From Escherichia phage vB_Eco4M-7, in sequence record MN176217: a DNA stretch of 64,000 bases. One strand, written 5' to 3'. The translations under genes were made by a program, and so were the position numbers. Position 1 is the first letter of the stretch, and each line of letters begins with the position of its first letter. Below, one piece after another: positions 27,215-37,679 of the stretch. A model generated the notes under the pieces. That model was not told where the DNA came from, searched no databases, and worked only from the letters and a program-made list of their open reading frames with translations.

Positions 27215-27796
27215 GTGTATATGACAGATGTCGACCTGATTGACATGCTGGCAACGCGAATTGAAGAAGGTCTGGCGGCGTATAGTCGTGCAGACCTTTC
27301 TGCTGTTCCGGTCCAGAAAAAATACCAACCGACTCAACAGGGCATTCCGACTGGTGATCAGATTTGGTTTAACCTTTTATTCTCAGTCCCATTCGGTTGG
27401 TCAATGAGAAAGAATGAATTTGTCAATGATGAATCTCAATTCGTTAATGGCAAATTTAAAGACATTGAAGATCAGATATACGCAACACGTTTTCAAATTA
27501 GCGGCTTATTTCCAGAAGTGCCTGGCAATCCAGAAAAGCCTACGGCTAATGACGTTTTGACTTATTTAGCAAGATTCATAACCCACAAGGCTAATTTGAG
27601 GGATTGGTTTAAAAGGCATCAAGCTTCAGTATATAGAGTCGACATGAACAACAATGAAAAGTTCTATGACGACATGTCTCAGTTTGAATCGTTTCCTTCT
27701 TTTGATTTGGTAATCCTTCACAGAAACGCAATTTCAATTGACACGCCTGCTGTTGCAAGAGCTGTTAATAACGATTTAGGCGATATTCCGGTGTGA
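27215..27796 (+). CDS. hypothetical virion protein
   Basis: ORF track 193 aa; alternative ATG 27221. Confidence 0.45.
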   Translation: MYMTDVDLIDMLATRIEEGLAAYSRADLSAVPVQKKYQPTQQGIPTGDQIWFNLLFSVPFGWSMRKNEFVNDESQFVNGKFKDIEDQIYATRFQISGLFPEVPGNPEKPTANDVLTYLARFITHKANLRDWFKRHQASVYRVDMNNNEKFYDDMSQFESFPSFDLVILHRNAISIDTPAVARAVNNDLGDIPV

Positions 27797-27797
27797 T

Positions 27798-28283
27798 ATG
27801 ACAAAATCAAAAATGATAGAAAAACAGATAAAGGCGCTTCAATCGATGAAGGGTCTTACTGTTGAGGCAGGATGGTTTGATTCTACCAGATACCCTTCAG
27901 AAACTGGTGGAGAAGGAGTGTTGGTGTCAGAAGTCGCGCGGCTTAATGAATTTGGTCACATAGCCGTTTTGAACTTTGGACAAGGGCCAGTCAGGGTAGA
28001 AGTTCCACCCAGACCATTCATGAGATATGCCTATGAATTATTCGTTAGTGAGCGCAGTGAAATAGAGAATAAAATTGCTAAAAAGATTTTTTCCGGTAAA
28101 ATAGACGCTAGACAGGCATTAGGTCAAATTGGGCTTGCGATGGAAGCAAAGATTGTCGAATCAATTAAAAACGGACCTTGGCAAAGAAACGCCAGATATA
28201 CCGTGCGTGTGAAAGGATTCGACAAACCTTTAATTCACAGCAGCCTTATGTGGCAATCTGTCAACAGCCAAGTCATTAAATAA
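27798..28283 (+). CDS. hypothetical virion protein
   Basis: ORF track 161 aa. Confidence 0.45.
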   Translation: MTKSKMIEKQIKALQSMKGLTVEAGWFDSTRYPSETGGEGVLVSEVARLNEFGHIAVLNFGQGPVRVEVPPRPFMRYAYELFVSERSEIENKIAKKIFSGKIDARQALGQIGLAMEAKIVESIKNGPWQRNARYTVRVKGFDKPLIHSSLMWQSVNSQVIK

Positions 28284-28295
28284 GAGGACACCGAC

Positions 28296-29834
28296 GTGAT
28301 CAGTCAATCTCGTTATATTAAAATTGTATCAGGGGTCGGAGCAGGCGCGGCTGTTGCAGTTCGCAAACTGTCGCTTCGCATCATGACTTCCAATACAGTC
28401 CTGCCGCCTGGCATTGTAGCAGAATTTTCAACTGCTGATGCCGTTGGATCATATTTCGGTTTTTCTTCCGAAGAATACAAGCGTGCAGCATTGTATTTTG
28501 GATTCATCAGCAAGCAAATCAACTCGCCTGATTCAATCAGCTTTTCTCGCGTTGTATCCACGGCGATTCCTGCAATGGTTATCGGCGATACTGAGCCTAA
28601 AACGCTTGCTACTTTTCAGGCATTCACTGGCGCTATCTTAAGCATCACTTATGACGGCACAGACTACCTGACTGACGCCATCAACCTTTCAGCGGCAACA
28701 AGCCTTGCCAACGTAGCGGAACTTTTGGAAACGGCAATCAACACCAAGTTTGCAGCCGAAGGTGGCACGTCGGTGCCTGCACTTGCTGATGCAGAAGTGT
28801 ATTGGAATGCCAACACCCAGCAGTTCACTTTGGAAGCCGCTACGTCGACCGCTGGTGCTGGAAACCTTTCGATTAACGTCACAGGTCAACCGACAGACCC
28901 ATCTCAGGCGCTTGGTTGGACGACTACTGGCACCGTTACGGTTGCTGGCCAGGGTGTAGCAAGTCCGGTAGAAGCCATCGCGGCATCTGTGGAGATTTCC
29001 AACAACTTTGGCTCATTCCTTTTCGCTGGAGCAAACCGAACGCTGGAAGAAATCACAGCCGTTGCAGCTTGGACTCACTCGCAGAACAATATGTACATGT
29101 ATCTGTTCTCGACTGCATTCGCCAACATTGGCTCATACTATACCGCACTGAAAGGTTACTCAGGCGTTGGTATGATGATCCGTGCAACCAACCTTGCGAA
29201 TGATTACATCGACCAGGCACCTGCTGAAATTCTCGCGGCGACAAACTATAATACTGTAAATGCAACTCAAAACTACATGTACTATCAGTTTGACACGCGA
29301 AATGTTACTGTATCGACTGATTCACGCGCAGATACTGCTGATCAAAACCGTGCAAACTATATCGGCGCTACTCAGCAAGCTGGTCAAACGCTCGCATTTT
29401 TCCAGCGTGGCGTTCTGATGGGCGGGTCTACCGCAGCAGTTGACATGAACACTTATGCCAACGAGATGTGGCTTAAATCTGCTATCACTTCTCAGCTGTT
29501 CAGCATGTTCTTGGATCTTGGTCGCGTGCCTGCAAACGAAGAAGGCAAAGCGACTGTCCAAGCAATGATTCAAGTTGCTGTTGACAATGCGAAGGTTAAC
29601 GGCACCATCTCTGTCGGTAAGGCGCTGACGGAAATCCAGAAACAGTACATCACGCAAACTTCCGGTGATAACACTGCTTGGCGGCAGGTTGAGACTATCG
29701 GTTATTGGTTGACTGTCGATTTTGACACTGAAACCACTTCCGATAACCGCACCGAATACTATGCAACATACACGCTAATCTACTCTAAAGATGATGCTGT
29801 GCGTCGCGTTGAAGGTCGTGACGTTCTTATTTAA
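28296..29834 (+). CDS. putative tail sheath protein
   Basis: 512 aa, immediately upstream of tube-like gene; positional inference only. Confidence 0.5.
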   Translation: MISQSRYIKIVSGVGAGAAVAVRKLSLRIMTSNTVLPPGIVAEFSTADAVGSYFGFSSEEYKRAALYFGFISKQINSPDSISFSRVVSTAIPAMVIGDTEPKTLATFQAFTGAILSITYDGTDYLTDAINLSAATSLANVAELLETAINTKFAAEGGTSVPALADAEVYWNANTQQFTLEAATSTAGAGNLSINVTGQPTDPSQALGWTTTGTVTVAGQGVASPVEAIAASVEISNNFGSFLFAGANRTLEEITAVAAWTHSQNNMYMYLFSTAFANIGSYYTALKGYSGVGMMIRATNLANDYIDQAPAEILAATNYNTVNATQNYMYYQFDTRNVTVSTDSRADTADQNRANYIGATQQAGQTLAFFQRGVLMGGSTAAVDMNTYANEMWLKSAITSQLFSMFLDLGRVPANEEGKATVQAMIQVAVDNAKVNGTISVGKALTEIQKQYITQTSGDNTAWRQVETIGYWLTVDFDTETTSDNRTEYYATYTLIYSKDDAVRRVEGRDVLI

Positions 29835-29881
29835 ATAATTGCCGCCGTAACTGGCGGCCATCTCTCTGAGAGGAATCTGTA

Positions 29882-30349
29882 ATGATTAACGTTTCCGGTT
29901 TTGGCGCTTCGATTCGTTTGGTAGCATCAAACACTTTTCCGAATGGTGTGACTCTTTCTGATTTTGCAGATGATGCTGATCCGATTGACGCGCCGGACCT
30001 GCAAATCTCTGAGGCCGCAATGGGCCTTAACGGTGACTTAGTAGTATGGAACCGTGCAAACCCGCTTGAAGTTGGCGTGAACATCATCCCTACTTCTGAA
30101 AGTGATGTCAACTTGGACGTTCTTGCAGCTGCAAACCGCGTAGGCAAGCGTAAGAACTCCGCAAAAGACGTGATCACACTTGTGCTGACTTATCCTTCTG
30201 GAATGGTTATCACGCTAAACAAAGGCACCTTGACAACTGGTTCAGTAATTCCTGGCATCCAGTCTCAAGGTCGTGTGAAAACACGCCAATATCGCTTCAA
30301 GTTTGAGAACGTAGTCAAAACTGGCGTGAGCAACCAAGAGATTTTATAA
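29882..30349 (+). CDS. putative tail tube protein
   Basis: 155 aa after sheath; paralogous to 31300..31797. Confidence 0.5.
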   Translation: MINVSGFGASIRLVASNTFPNGVTLSDFADDADPIDAPDLQISEAAMGLNGDLVVWNRANPLEVGVNIIPTSESDVNLDVLAAANRVGKRKNSAKDVITLVLTYPSGMVITLNKGTLTTGSVIPGIQSQGRVKTRQYRFKFENVVKTGVSNQEIL

Positions 30350-30678
30350 TGTATCAAATACCACTTGACAGCGTACCTAACCAGAATATCAGCTTTAACG
30401 TTGACGGTGCATATTGGCAGTTGCACATTTTTGCCGCTATCGAGCATATGTGTGCCGACGTATATCGCAATGGTGAACTTTTGATTCAAGGGGTGCGCTG
30501 TTTTGATGGTATCCCAATGGTGCCTTATAAGTATCTCATGATTGGGTACGGTAATTTCATTTTCGACAGCGTACCTGATTATGAAAGTTTTAACTCTGGC
30601 GGCTGTAATCTATATTACATGTCAGAATCTGAGTTGGCTGAATTCCAGGCCACTGCTGAAGCGGAGTTTGCAATTTGA
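30349..30678 (+). CDS. hypothetical tail protein
   Basis: ORF track 109 aa. Confidence 0.45.
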   Translation: MYQIPLDSVPNQNISFNVDGAYWQLHIFAAIEHMCADVYRNGELLIQGVRCFDGIPMVPYKYLMIGYGNFIFDSVPDYESFNSGGCNLYYMSESELAEFQATAEAEFAI

Positions 30679-31031
30679 CAACTCTAACCATTGAAGTGAA
30701 CGAAAATAATGACCTTTTTCTACCTGATGGAAGAAACTTAAATATTCTTTCAGGAGAAAAAGCGATGGTGCAAGTAATCAAGGCCGCGCATCAGATGCGA
30801 CTTGGTGAAGACTTGTACGATATAGAAAACGGGGTCGATTATTTGGGGACCGTTTTCAAGTCGCCCGTTGACGAAGACGGTGCGCGAAAGTCGATTGCAG
30901 ATGCTATTCTGAAGAAAGCAGACGTTGCCGGAATCGACTCATTGACTGTCACCATCCAAAACGGTATCCTTGGATTCACTGCAGAAGTGGTGACTATTTA
31001 TGGCGAACGTATAAAGGTGAGTAATCAATAA
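30675..31031 (+). CDS. hypothetical tail protein
   Basis: ORF track 118 aa; TTG start. Confidence 0.4.
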   Translation: MTTLTIEVNENNDLFLPDGRNLNILSGEKAMVQVIKAAHQMRLGEDLYDIENGVDYLGTVFKSPVDEDGARKSIADAILKKADVAGIDSLTVTIQNGILGFTAEVVTIYGERIKVSNQ

Positions 31032-31297
31032 TGGCACAAGTAATTCATTTTGCAAATGGCGTCATGAAATTTGGCGAAAAATTTGAAGACGCATCAGAGC
31101 TGTTTAATAAGAAGGTTGAGCCTGTTACAGAAATCAAAGAGCAGGTCGAAGAAAAGTCCGTTGAACAAAAACTCGATTTTGATTCCATGAGTGTTTCAGA
31201 ATTGAAGTCTTATGCCAAAGAAAATGGCATCGACATCAAGGGTCTTTCTTATAAGGATGAAATTCTTGCTGCAGTTAAATCTGCATCTGCGGAGTAA
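31031..31297 (+). CDS. hypothetical acidic protein
   Basis: ORF track 88 aa. Confidence 0.45.
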   Translation: MAQVIHFANGVMKFGEKFEDASELFNKKVEPVTEIKEQVEEKSVEQKLDFDSMSVSELKSYAKENGIDIKGLSYKDEILAAVKSASAE

Positions 31298-31299
31298 AA

Positions 31300-31797
31300 A
31301 TGGTCAATATTAGTGGATTTGGCACAAGCATTAGAATTGTCGCTCTTCAATCTTTTCCTGTTGGGCTGAATATCAGTTCTTTGTCTGATGACCAGGATTC
31401 GCTAATTATTGAGGAAGTTGAATCAGTAGGTTATCAACTTACTTACGACGGCGGCATTTGCATATACGACAAAGCCGCCGTCGTTCGCGTATCCATTGCG
31501 GTCATTCCAAACACTGAAGATGACATAAATCTTAAGCTTTTATTATCTGCCCGTAAAGGTGGATTCAAGTGGTTGCCAATTCAGGATGTGACATCAATGC
31601 TTATTACATATCCTGACGGTGGAAGGGTGGCATTCTCTAACGGAACAATAATCAGCGGTCCGCTTGGTGACTCCATAGAGCAATCAGGCCGTCGCAAGAC
31701 AAACCGATACACATTTGTGTTTGCCAGCTACGGCGGCGCGCAGAGCACGTCTCAAATTGCCAAGGGCGTGGTGCAGAGCATATTGGGGTCCATTTAA
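31300..31797 (+). CDS. tail tube-like paralog
   Basis: MVNISGFGTSIRIVALQSFP... aligns with 29882 product along its length (SGFG.SIR.VA, ITYP.G, QSGR.KT.Y.F). Confidence 0.5.
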   Translation: MVNISGFGTSIRIVALQSFPVGLNISSLSDDQDSLIIEEVESVGYQLTYDGGICIYDKAAVVRVSIAVIPNTEDDINLKLLLSARKGGFKWLPIQDVTSMLITYPDGGRVAFSNGTIISGPLGDSIEQSGRRKTNRYTFVFASYGGAQSTSQIAKGVVQSILGSI

Positions 31798-32330
31798 TGG
31801 CTATCGATTTACTGTCATATAGTCTATCAAACAGAAGCTTCACGATAAAGAGCTTCAACCTTGGAGAAGTATCCACGCTTGGATGGGCCATAGTCAACGT
31901 CAAAATAAGACTCCAAGCGAAGATATTCAAAAACCAAAGGGAAGACGGCAGCTATATTGTCGATGGCAGAGTAAAGATGCCGCGAATACTCACTGTCACC
32001 GTGATAGCGCAAACGAAAAGTGCATCAGATGCAATAGCTAAAATGCTGCAAAACAGGTCGACTATATACACAATTAATTCCCGTGGTCTAATATTCGAAC
32101 GTATGGTGCTGCAAAATAACAACTTCAGCCAGGACGCTGACAATATAACGTCTCAGCCCATACAATTGGTCTTCCATGAGATATTAACACAGCAGGATGT
32201 GTCTATTCAAACAGCGCAGGCAGGCGACTCAACAGTAATAGAGCGCGGCATTGCATACATAAAAGAAACTTCTGCCAGCGTCACTGGCGTCGCTACAAAG
32301 GTGATGAATGGTATCAAGGGGATGTTCTGA
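31797..32330 (+). CDS. hypothetical tail protein
   Basis: ORF track 177 aa. Confidence 0.45.
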   Translation: MAIDLLSYSLSNRSFTIKSFNLGEVSTLGWAIVNVKIRLQAKIFKNQREDGSYIVDGRVKMPRILTVTVIAQTKSASDAIAKMLQNRSTIYTINSRGLIFERMVLQNNNFSQDADNITSQPIQLVFHEILTQQDVSIQTAQAGDSTVIERGIAYIKETSASVTGVATKVMNGIKGMF

Positions 32331-32890
32331 TGGACTTCGTTTCGATTCTGCTTTCTGGTCAATCTTTGACCATAACGAATGAGTCAACAGGTCTTCCTGT
32401 CTGGACAAGGCTTTCACCTGTTTCTGCAGAAATAACATCCCCAGCAGAAACAACTCAATTCCCTCTTGCCGGTACAGCCATGCAGGTTGTCGAAGTATCA
32501 AGCACGTCATCAGTAAGCAATTTACAGGCGGCAAAGGTTGTAATGCCAGCCCATATGGCGTTAAACGTAATTTGCAATGACCAGTCTACAATTGAAAATA
32601 TCATAAATTCATTTGATGATGACGAAGTCACATTTTCAATAACTTCTCGAAGCATCATTGCCAGTAAAATGTCGATGTCCGACGTTGAAATAACCCAGTC
32701 AGAAGAAAACTTGAATGGAGTCTCAATAGTAATAACTTTCGAGCAAACGTCATTTAGCATTCAAGGAAGCTTCGACCCTAAACAATCTGCAGACGAATCA
32801 TCAAATGGTGTTGCTATTAAAGAACCAGTCAGTTTGACTACAACTGTGAGTTCGTTATATAATAAAATAAAATCAACAGTAGGAATATAA
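32330..32890 (+). CDS. hypothetical tail protein
   Basis: ORF track 186 aa; Ser/Thr-rich. Confidence 0.45.
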   Translation: MDFVSILLSGQSLTITNESTGLPVWTRLSPVSAEITSPAETTQFPLAGTAMQVVEVSSTSSVSNLQAAKVVMPAHMALNVICNDQSTIENIINSFDDDEVTFSITSRSIIASKMSMSDVEITQSEENLNGVSIVITFEQTSFSIQGSFDPKQSADESSNGVAIKEPVSLTTTVSSLYNKIKSTVGI

Positions 32891-32891
32891 A

Positions 32892-33308
32892 ATGAAGATC
32901 ACCAACAAACAAACTGGTCGTACAGTAGAAATTAAAATCAGCAAAATGACTGCGATGGAAGGCTGGAATATTCAACGTCGCTTTGTCGAATTTGCAATGT
33001 CGAAGGACCCTGCGTTTCGTTCAGAGTATACGATGGAAGTGTTGAGCTTCGCAAAAGTCGAGCTTGATGTGGGCCAAGAAATCCCATTAAGTACTGGTGC
33101 ACTAATTGACAACCATCTTGGTGACTGGGAAAACCTTAAAGAAGTCTTCGAAGCAGTCCTCATGGAGAACGGTATAAACCCAGATACTCACGCCGAGCGT
33201 GAAGGCTACTGGGAACAAGCTGGCGGCGAAATGGCTGCAGCATTCATCGGCGAATCGATGCGATTAATCGCGCCATTCCTCAGCGGCGAGACTCCAAACA
33301 AGGGGTAA
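32892..33308 (+). CDS. putative tail assembly chaperone
   Basis: 138 aa directly upstream of tape measure gene. Confidence 0.4.
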   Translation: MKITNKQTGRTVEIKISKMTAMEGWNIQRRFVEFAMSKDPAFRSEYTMEVLSFAKVELDVGQEIPLSTGALIDNHLGDWENLKEVFEAVLMENGINPDTHAEREGYWEQAGGEMAAAFIGESMRLIAPFLSGETPNKG

Positions 33309-33311
33309 ACT

Positions 33312-35492
33312 GTGTCTGACTCATTAGAAAAATTTGTGCTTCAATATACGGTGGACTTGAAAGAGTCCATCAATCGTCTTGAGCAATTGCAAGATAAGGT
33401 TGATCAGACAAACAAAAAGGCAAAATCCGCTGGCAAAGATTTCTCTGGAGCATTCAAAGATGTTTTTGGCGAGCTAAAGCCGCTTACTGGTGAGCTAGGG
33501 TCAATTGACGGAATACTTGCGCGGCTGACATATCGTTTTGCCGCGCTCGTCCCTGTTGTCGCAGGATTGGCCGTCGTCGTCAAATCCATCGTTGATGTTC
33601 GAAAAGAATACGAAGCGCAAAGAAAGCTTGGTTTTGAAGCCGGACTCTCTCCAATGGGTGTCGAACAACTACAACGACAGTTGAATGAAAGTTCAGGGGG
33701 CATCCTTGGCGCACAGGGGTCGCGCGATTTAATCAGCAAAGCTTCTAATTTGGCATTCAACGCATACACCAACCCTGATGTGATGAACAAGGACAACTTG
33801 TTGCTGAACAAGATGGGGACAAGTCCTTTCAACAGTAACGGCGGCATCAAAGACACGAATCAGCTGCTTGATGAAATTGGAACAAAGCTGAGAAGTGTTA
33901 ATGAGCAAACCGCGCGTGCCATTGGTGCTCTGGCAGGATTCACGGCTGATGAAGTCCGCGCCCTTCGTGAGCGCAACCAGTCTGTGAAAGAAAGCACGCG
34001 CATAAGTGACGAAGAAACCGCGAAGCTGCAAAGACAGCAAGCTGCTCTTGAGACTATACGAAATAGTATGGGGCAAATTCAAGAAGATTGGCGGCGTATT
34101 GAACTGGTCATCGGTGAAAACGTTATGCCTGCATTCTCGACGCTTGTCAGCAAAACCGCCGATACAGTCGAAGGATTCCAGATGATGTTCCAAAGAATGT
34201 CTGACGGATGGAGCGAATTTGTCGACAATTTCATTGCTGACTTGAAACATCCGTTCGACAAGCAGGCCGCTGTCAACGAGCGTCACGAGCGTGCCGTTGA
34301 TAGATGGATCACGCAGATGGCAGACGGCGATGTGAAACGCCAGAGGAATCAAGAGCAGAACGCTGCTGAACAACGTTCTGCACAGGCGCTTTTCACTCGT
34401 GATATAAATCTTTTTTCAAGCGCCGTGTCAACTTTTGCTGGCGTGATTGATGAGCGTCAAGCTTGGGCGGCATGGGCAGGTGAAATTGGGCGCAGCGCAG
34501 GGCAATCCGCGATGCCTGGAACGCCTGCATTGAATACTGGCGCGACCATAGGGAATAATCTTGGGTCAGGAAACCCGACAGTGTATGACTCAATATATGA
34601 GGAAGCTTCAAAACGCTATGGCATACCTGTGGCGATGATGAAGGCCGTGACTGAAGTTGAATCTGGATTCAATCCAAATGCTGTGAGCGGAGCAGGCGCG
34701 ACTGGTTTGATGCAAATAATGCCTTCTAACTTCAAGGGTCTTGGAATAACCGATGGCAATGATCCTCGACAAAACATTATGGGCGGCGCTCAACTGTTGA
34801 AAGAGTATTTAAACGCTGCCAACGGCGATTGGAATCTTGCGCTGACGATGTATCACGGTGGCTACGACCGCAGCGGCTGGGGCAAGAATACACGCGCTTA
34901 TCCTGGAAAGGTCATGGCCGCTCTCGACCGACAATCCAATGGTGAGTATGCCACGGCAGCGCCGCAAGGTGCACCAGTTACTCCAGTACTTAGCGGTAGC
35001 GGAGCGGAAGCGCCAAAGGGCAGCTATGCACCAGTACAAGGCCAATCGCGCCAAACGGTGCAATACAGGCAATTGCAAGAAGCCATTGCAGGATACCTGA
35101 ACGTACCAGTTGAGCAGTTGATGCAGGGACAAGTCAACAAAGGTGATATTGACTTTGCTCAAACTTACCTTAAGCTTGGCACGCAAAGGGATTATATTAA
35201 AAACATGCAACTGGCTTCAACTCCAGGTGTAAGACCGAACATTCAAGCCGAAGCGATGAAAAACGCTCGTCTTGCTGCATTCCAGCTTGAAGCATTCCAG
35301 AAATATGGCGGCGACCTTTCCGCGAATAGTCGACCTGGTGGGCGTGATATTACTATGGGTCAGAAAAACGTTGTCATCAACGTCAACGGCGCTCAAGACC
35401 CACGCAGCACGGCATTCGAAACGAAACGGGTGCTTGAACAAGATGATATCAACGACATAAACAACCTTACTGCTACACCTTTGAAGTGGTGA
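33312..35492 (+). CDS. tail tape measure protein with lytic transglycosylase (SLT) domain
   Basis: 726 aa, GTG start; coiled-coil-like body; VTEVESGFNPNAVSGAGATGLMQIMPSNF. Confidence 0.7.
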   Translation: MSDSLEKFVLQYTVDLKESINRLEQLQDKVDQTNKKAKSAGKDFSGAFKDVFGELKPLTGELGSIDGILARLTYRFAALVPVVAGLAVVVKSIVDVRKEYEAQRKLGFEAGLSPMGVEQLQRQLNESSGGILGAQGSRDLISKASNLAFNAYTNPDVMNKDNLLLNKMGTSPFNSNGGIKDTNQLLDEIGTKLRSVNEQTARAIGALAGFTADEVRALRERNQSVKESTRISDEETAKLQRQQAALETIRNSMGQIQEDWRRIELVIGENVMPAFSTLVSKTADTVEGFQMMFQRMSDGWSEFVDNFIADLKHPFDKQAAVNERHERAVDRWITQMADGDVKRQRNQEQNAAEQRSAQALFTRDINLFSSAVSTFAGVIDERQAWAAWAGEIGRSAGQSAMPGTPALNTGATIGNNLGSGNPTVYDSIYEEASKRYGIPVAMMKAVTEVESGFNPNAVSGAGATGLMQIMPSNFKGLGITDGNDPRQNIMGGAQLLKEYLNAANGDWNLALTMYHGGYDRSGWGKNTRAYPGKVMAALDRQSNGEYATAAPQGAPVTPVLSGSGAEAPKGSYAPVQGQSRQTVQYRQLQEAIAGYLNVPVEQLMQGQVNKGDIDFAQTYLKLGTQRDYIKNMQLASTPGVRPNIQAEAMKNARLAAFQLEAFQKYGGDLSANSRPGGRDITMGQKNVVINVNGAQDPRSTAFETKRVLEQDDINDINNLTATPLKW

Positions 35493-35496
35493 TAAT

Positions 35497-36369
35497 TTGA
35501 AAAAGAGAATCCTTAAAGTCACCTTATCTATGCCGGATGGCACAAGCCAAGTGCTTGATGAAGGATTGATGCTCAGATGCCGAATCAAAAAGGCAGCACT
35601 TTCCGTGCAGAATAAGGCCACAATCGAAGTTGCAGGATTGACAGGGTACTTGAGAGAGTACCTGCTTTCCAACTTCACCGCATTCAACAAACGTCTGCGT
35701 GATCAAGGCCAATTGGCGGCGAATTATGTCAACGTAACAATTGAAGCTGGATATAGAGAAGGCAACGTTGTTAGTAGCAACTTAGTCTACAAGGGGCAAG
35801 TCACAACGGTCGAGATAACAGCGCCGCCGCCGAACATCGTCATACGCATCACTTGCTACACCAACCAGATAAACAGGACTAAGTTTATCACTCAAGCTGC
35901 ACCGTCAAACCCAACATTCAAAGAGTTTGTGGAGTGGTCGGCAAAGCAAATGGACATTGATACTGTTATATGCGATACTTCGATTAACAATCAGCGCCTT
36001 GTTAACCCAGGCCGCACAACATATGTTGCAGCCGCCTTGTTGCTTGAGATTCAGAACTATCAAAGGAACTCTATTGCGGCATATATCGATGATGATACGC
36101 TCATCGTCAAGGATAAAGACAAAATTCTGAATCCAGAACAGATAACGGTGATTGAGGAATTTGTCGGAATACCGATGTGGAACGAGTGGGGTGCTGACTT
36201 CACTTGCATGTATAACGCGGATTTGAAGCTTGCCCAAGGTGTGAAATTCAAATCAGTCTTAAACCCAAGCTTGAACGACACCACATTTGTCATCATGCAA
36301 CTTGAATATGATTTAGCAAGTCGTGATGATATATTTACGGTGACGGGCGGCGTTGCACCATCGGCCTAA
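35497..36369 (+). CDS. putative baseplate/distal tail protein
   Basis: ORF track 290 aa downstream of tape measure. Confidence 0.4.
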   Translation: MKKRILKVTLSMPDGTSQVLDEGLMLRCRIKKAALSVQNKATIEVAGLTGYLREYLLSNFTAFNKRLRDQGQLAANYVNVTIEAGYREGNVVSSNLVYKGQVTTVEITAPPPNIVIRITCYTNQINRTKFITQAAPSNPTFKEFVEWSAKQMDIDTVICDTSINNQRLVNPGRTTYVAAALLLEIQNYQRNSIAAYIDDDTLIVKDKDKILNPEQITVIEEFVGIPMWNEWGADFTCMYNADLKLAQGVKFKSVLNPSLNDTTFVIMQLEYDLASRDDIFTVTGGVAPSA

Positions 36370-36371
36370 AT

Positions 36372-36893
36372 ATGAGAAAGAATAAAGTAATTGAGCTGTT
36401 TGGAGTTACTTATGAAATACATCAATTCAGCGCAATAGACGCGTTTGAAATGGTTGATGCGATAAGCATATTAACTCCACTTGAATTATTAAGTGAATGT
36501 TATGTTATTAAATATGACGGAACTAAAGTCAGATTAAACTCTGAGAAGGCCATAAGTGAAGAAGTGAAAAGTGTGCCAAATCACTTGCCGCCCAACCTTG
36601 TATTGAAAGTTCTAATGGAAGCGGTGAAGAAGCACAATTTTGGATTCCTCAGTGATTGGAAAGGCACTAAGATCCCAAATAGATTCTTGGCTGACGTCCC
36701 GACCGTAGAGCCTAATTATCTTGAGCCGATGGTTGCAAGCCTAATAAACAATGGTCTTGCTTCGTTAAAAGAATTGGAAGAATATTATTCATTGCGTGAT
36801 GCATTCGCTATGTTTGATGGACTAATAGCAAAATCACTTAATGAAGCCTACTCAAACGAAGCTGCCATTAAAGAATCAAAGTCAAATCGCTAA
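36372..36893 (+). CDS. hypothetical protein (AT-rich insertion in baseplate cluster)
   Basis: ORF track 173 aa; visibly AT-richer codon usage than flanking genes. Confidence 0.5.
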   Translation: MRKNKVIELFGVTYEIHQFSAIDAFEMVDAISILTPLELLSECYVIKYDGTKVRLNSEKAISEEVKSVPNHLPPNLVLKVLMEAVKKHNFGFLSDWKGTKIPNRFLADVPTVEPNYLEPMVASLINNGLASLKELEEYYSLRDAFAMFDGLIAKSLNEAYSNEAAIKESKSNR

Positions 36894-36903
36894 AATATTG
36901 CTT

Positions 36904-36952
36904 ATAGACTCCTTATAGATTATAATTTGTTGATCAGATCTAAGGAGTCTAT
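36904..36952 (+). promoter_or_regulatory. RBS-sequestering hairpin with embedded TATAAT
   Basis: 12-bp perfect inverted repeat 36904-36915 / 36941-36952 pairing the AAGGAG RBS and ATG 36951; TATAAT at 36919-36924 in the loop. Confidence 0.5.
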
Positions 36953-37679
36953 GATGGCAGAAAAGTTAACCCAACTTACAAGCCCCAACCAAACTGACAA
37001 ATCAAGTATGTTTGCCGCGCTGCAGGGAATGCTGGACCGTGGCAAGTATACCACTGACGGCATGATTCCTGCACAAGTAATATCTTATGACCGCAAACAA
37101 AATTTAGCAGTCATAAAGCCTGTTATTCATTTCGTAAGTCTTGATGATAAACCAGTGGAGCGTCAACCTTTGGTGTCAATTCCTGTATTGGCAATTGGCG
37201 GCGGCGGCTTCGTGATCAACTTTCCTTTGAAAGAGGGCGATTTGGGCTGGATATTCGCTGGCGACCGCGAGTTGTCGACATTCCTTGAAGAATTGAAGCC
37301 GACCGCGCCTACCAATGGCCGCGCGAAAACTTTCGCTGATGGACTGTTCATACCGGATGTATTCCGAAAATACACCATAAGCGGAGAGGATGCAGGCTCA
37401 ATGGTAATTCAGTCACTCAGCGGCGCTGTACGAATCGCATTAAGTGATGACTCGATAAACATAACTGCATCGGCTGGAGTAAATGTGAAAACACCAATAA
37501 CCACTATCGACCAACAATTGATAGTTAATGGAAAGGCAACGTTCAATGGTGGTATAGAAGGGAAAGAAGGAACGACGGCAACGCTTCCGACTGGCACAAC
37601 AATCGGCGGCACAAATGTATCCACTCACGGTCACATAGGTAACGGACCTGGAAACAGAACTGGGGATATGATAGAATGA
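36951..37679 (+). CDS. putative baseplate spike/hub protein
   Basis: ATG 36951 after AAGGAG; in frame with ORF track 36927..37679; Gly/Thr-rich C-terminus. Confidence 0.4.
   Translation: MMAEKLTQLTSPNQTDKSSMFAALQGMLDRGKYTTDGMIPAQVISYDRKQNLAVIKPVIHFVSLDDKPVERQPLVSIPVLAIGGGGFVINFPLKEGDLGWIFAGDRELSTFLEELKPTAPTNGRAKTFADGLFIPDVFRKYTISGEDAGSMVIQSLSGAVRIALSDDSINITASAGVNVKTPITTIDQQLIVNGKATFNGGIEGKEGTTATLPTGTTIGGTNVSTHGHIGNGPGNRTGDMIE

Noticed and set aside
33729-34373. 214-aa minus-strand ORF
   Set aside because: Antisense to the tape measure gene; no supporting signals
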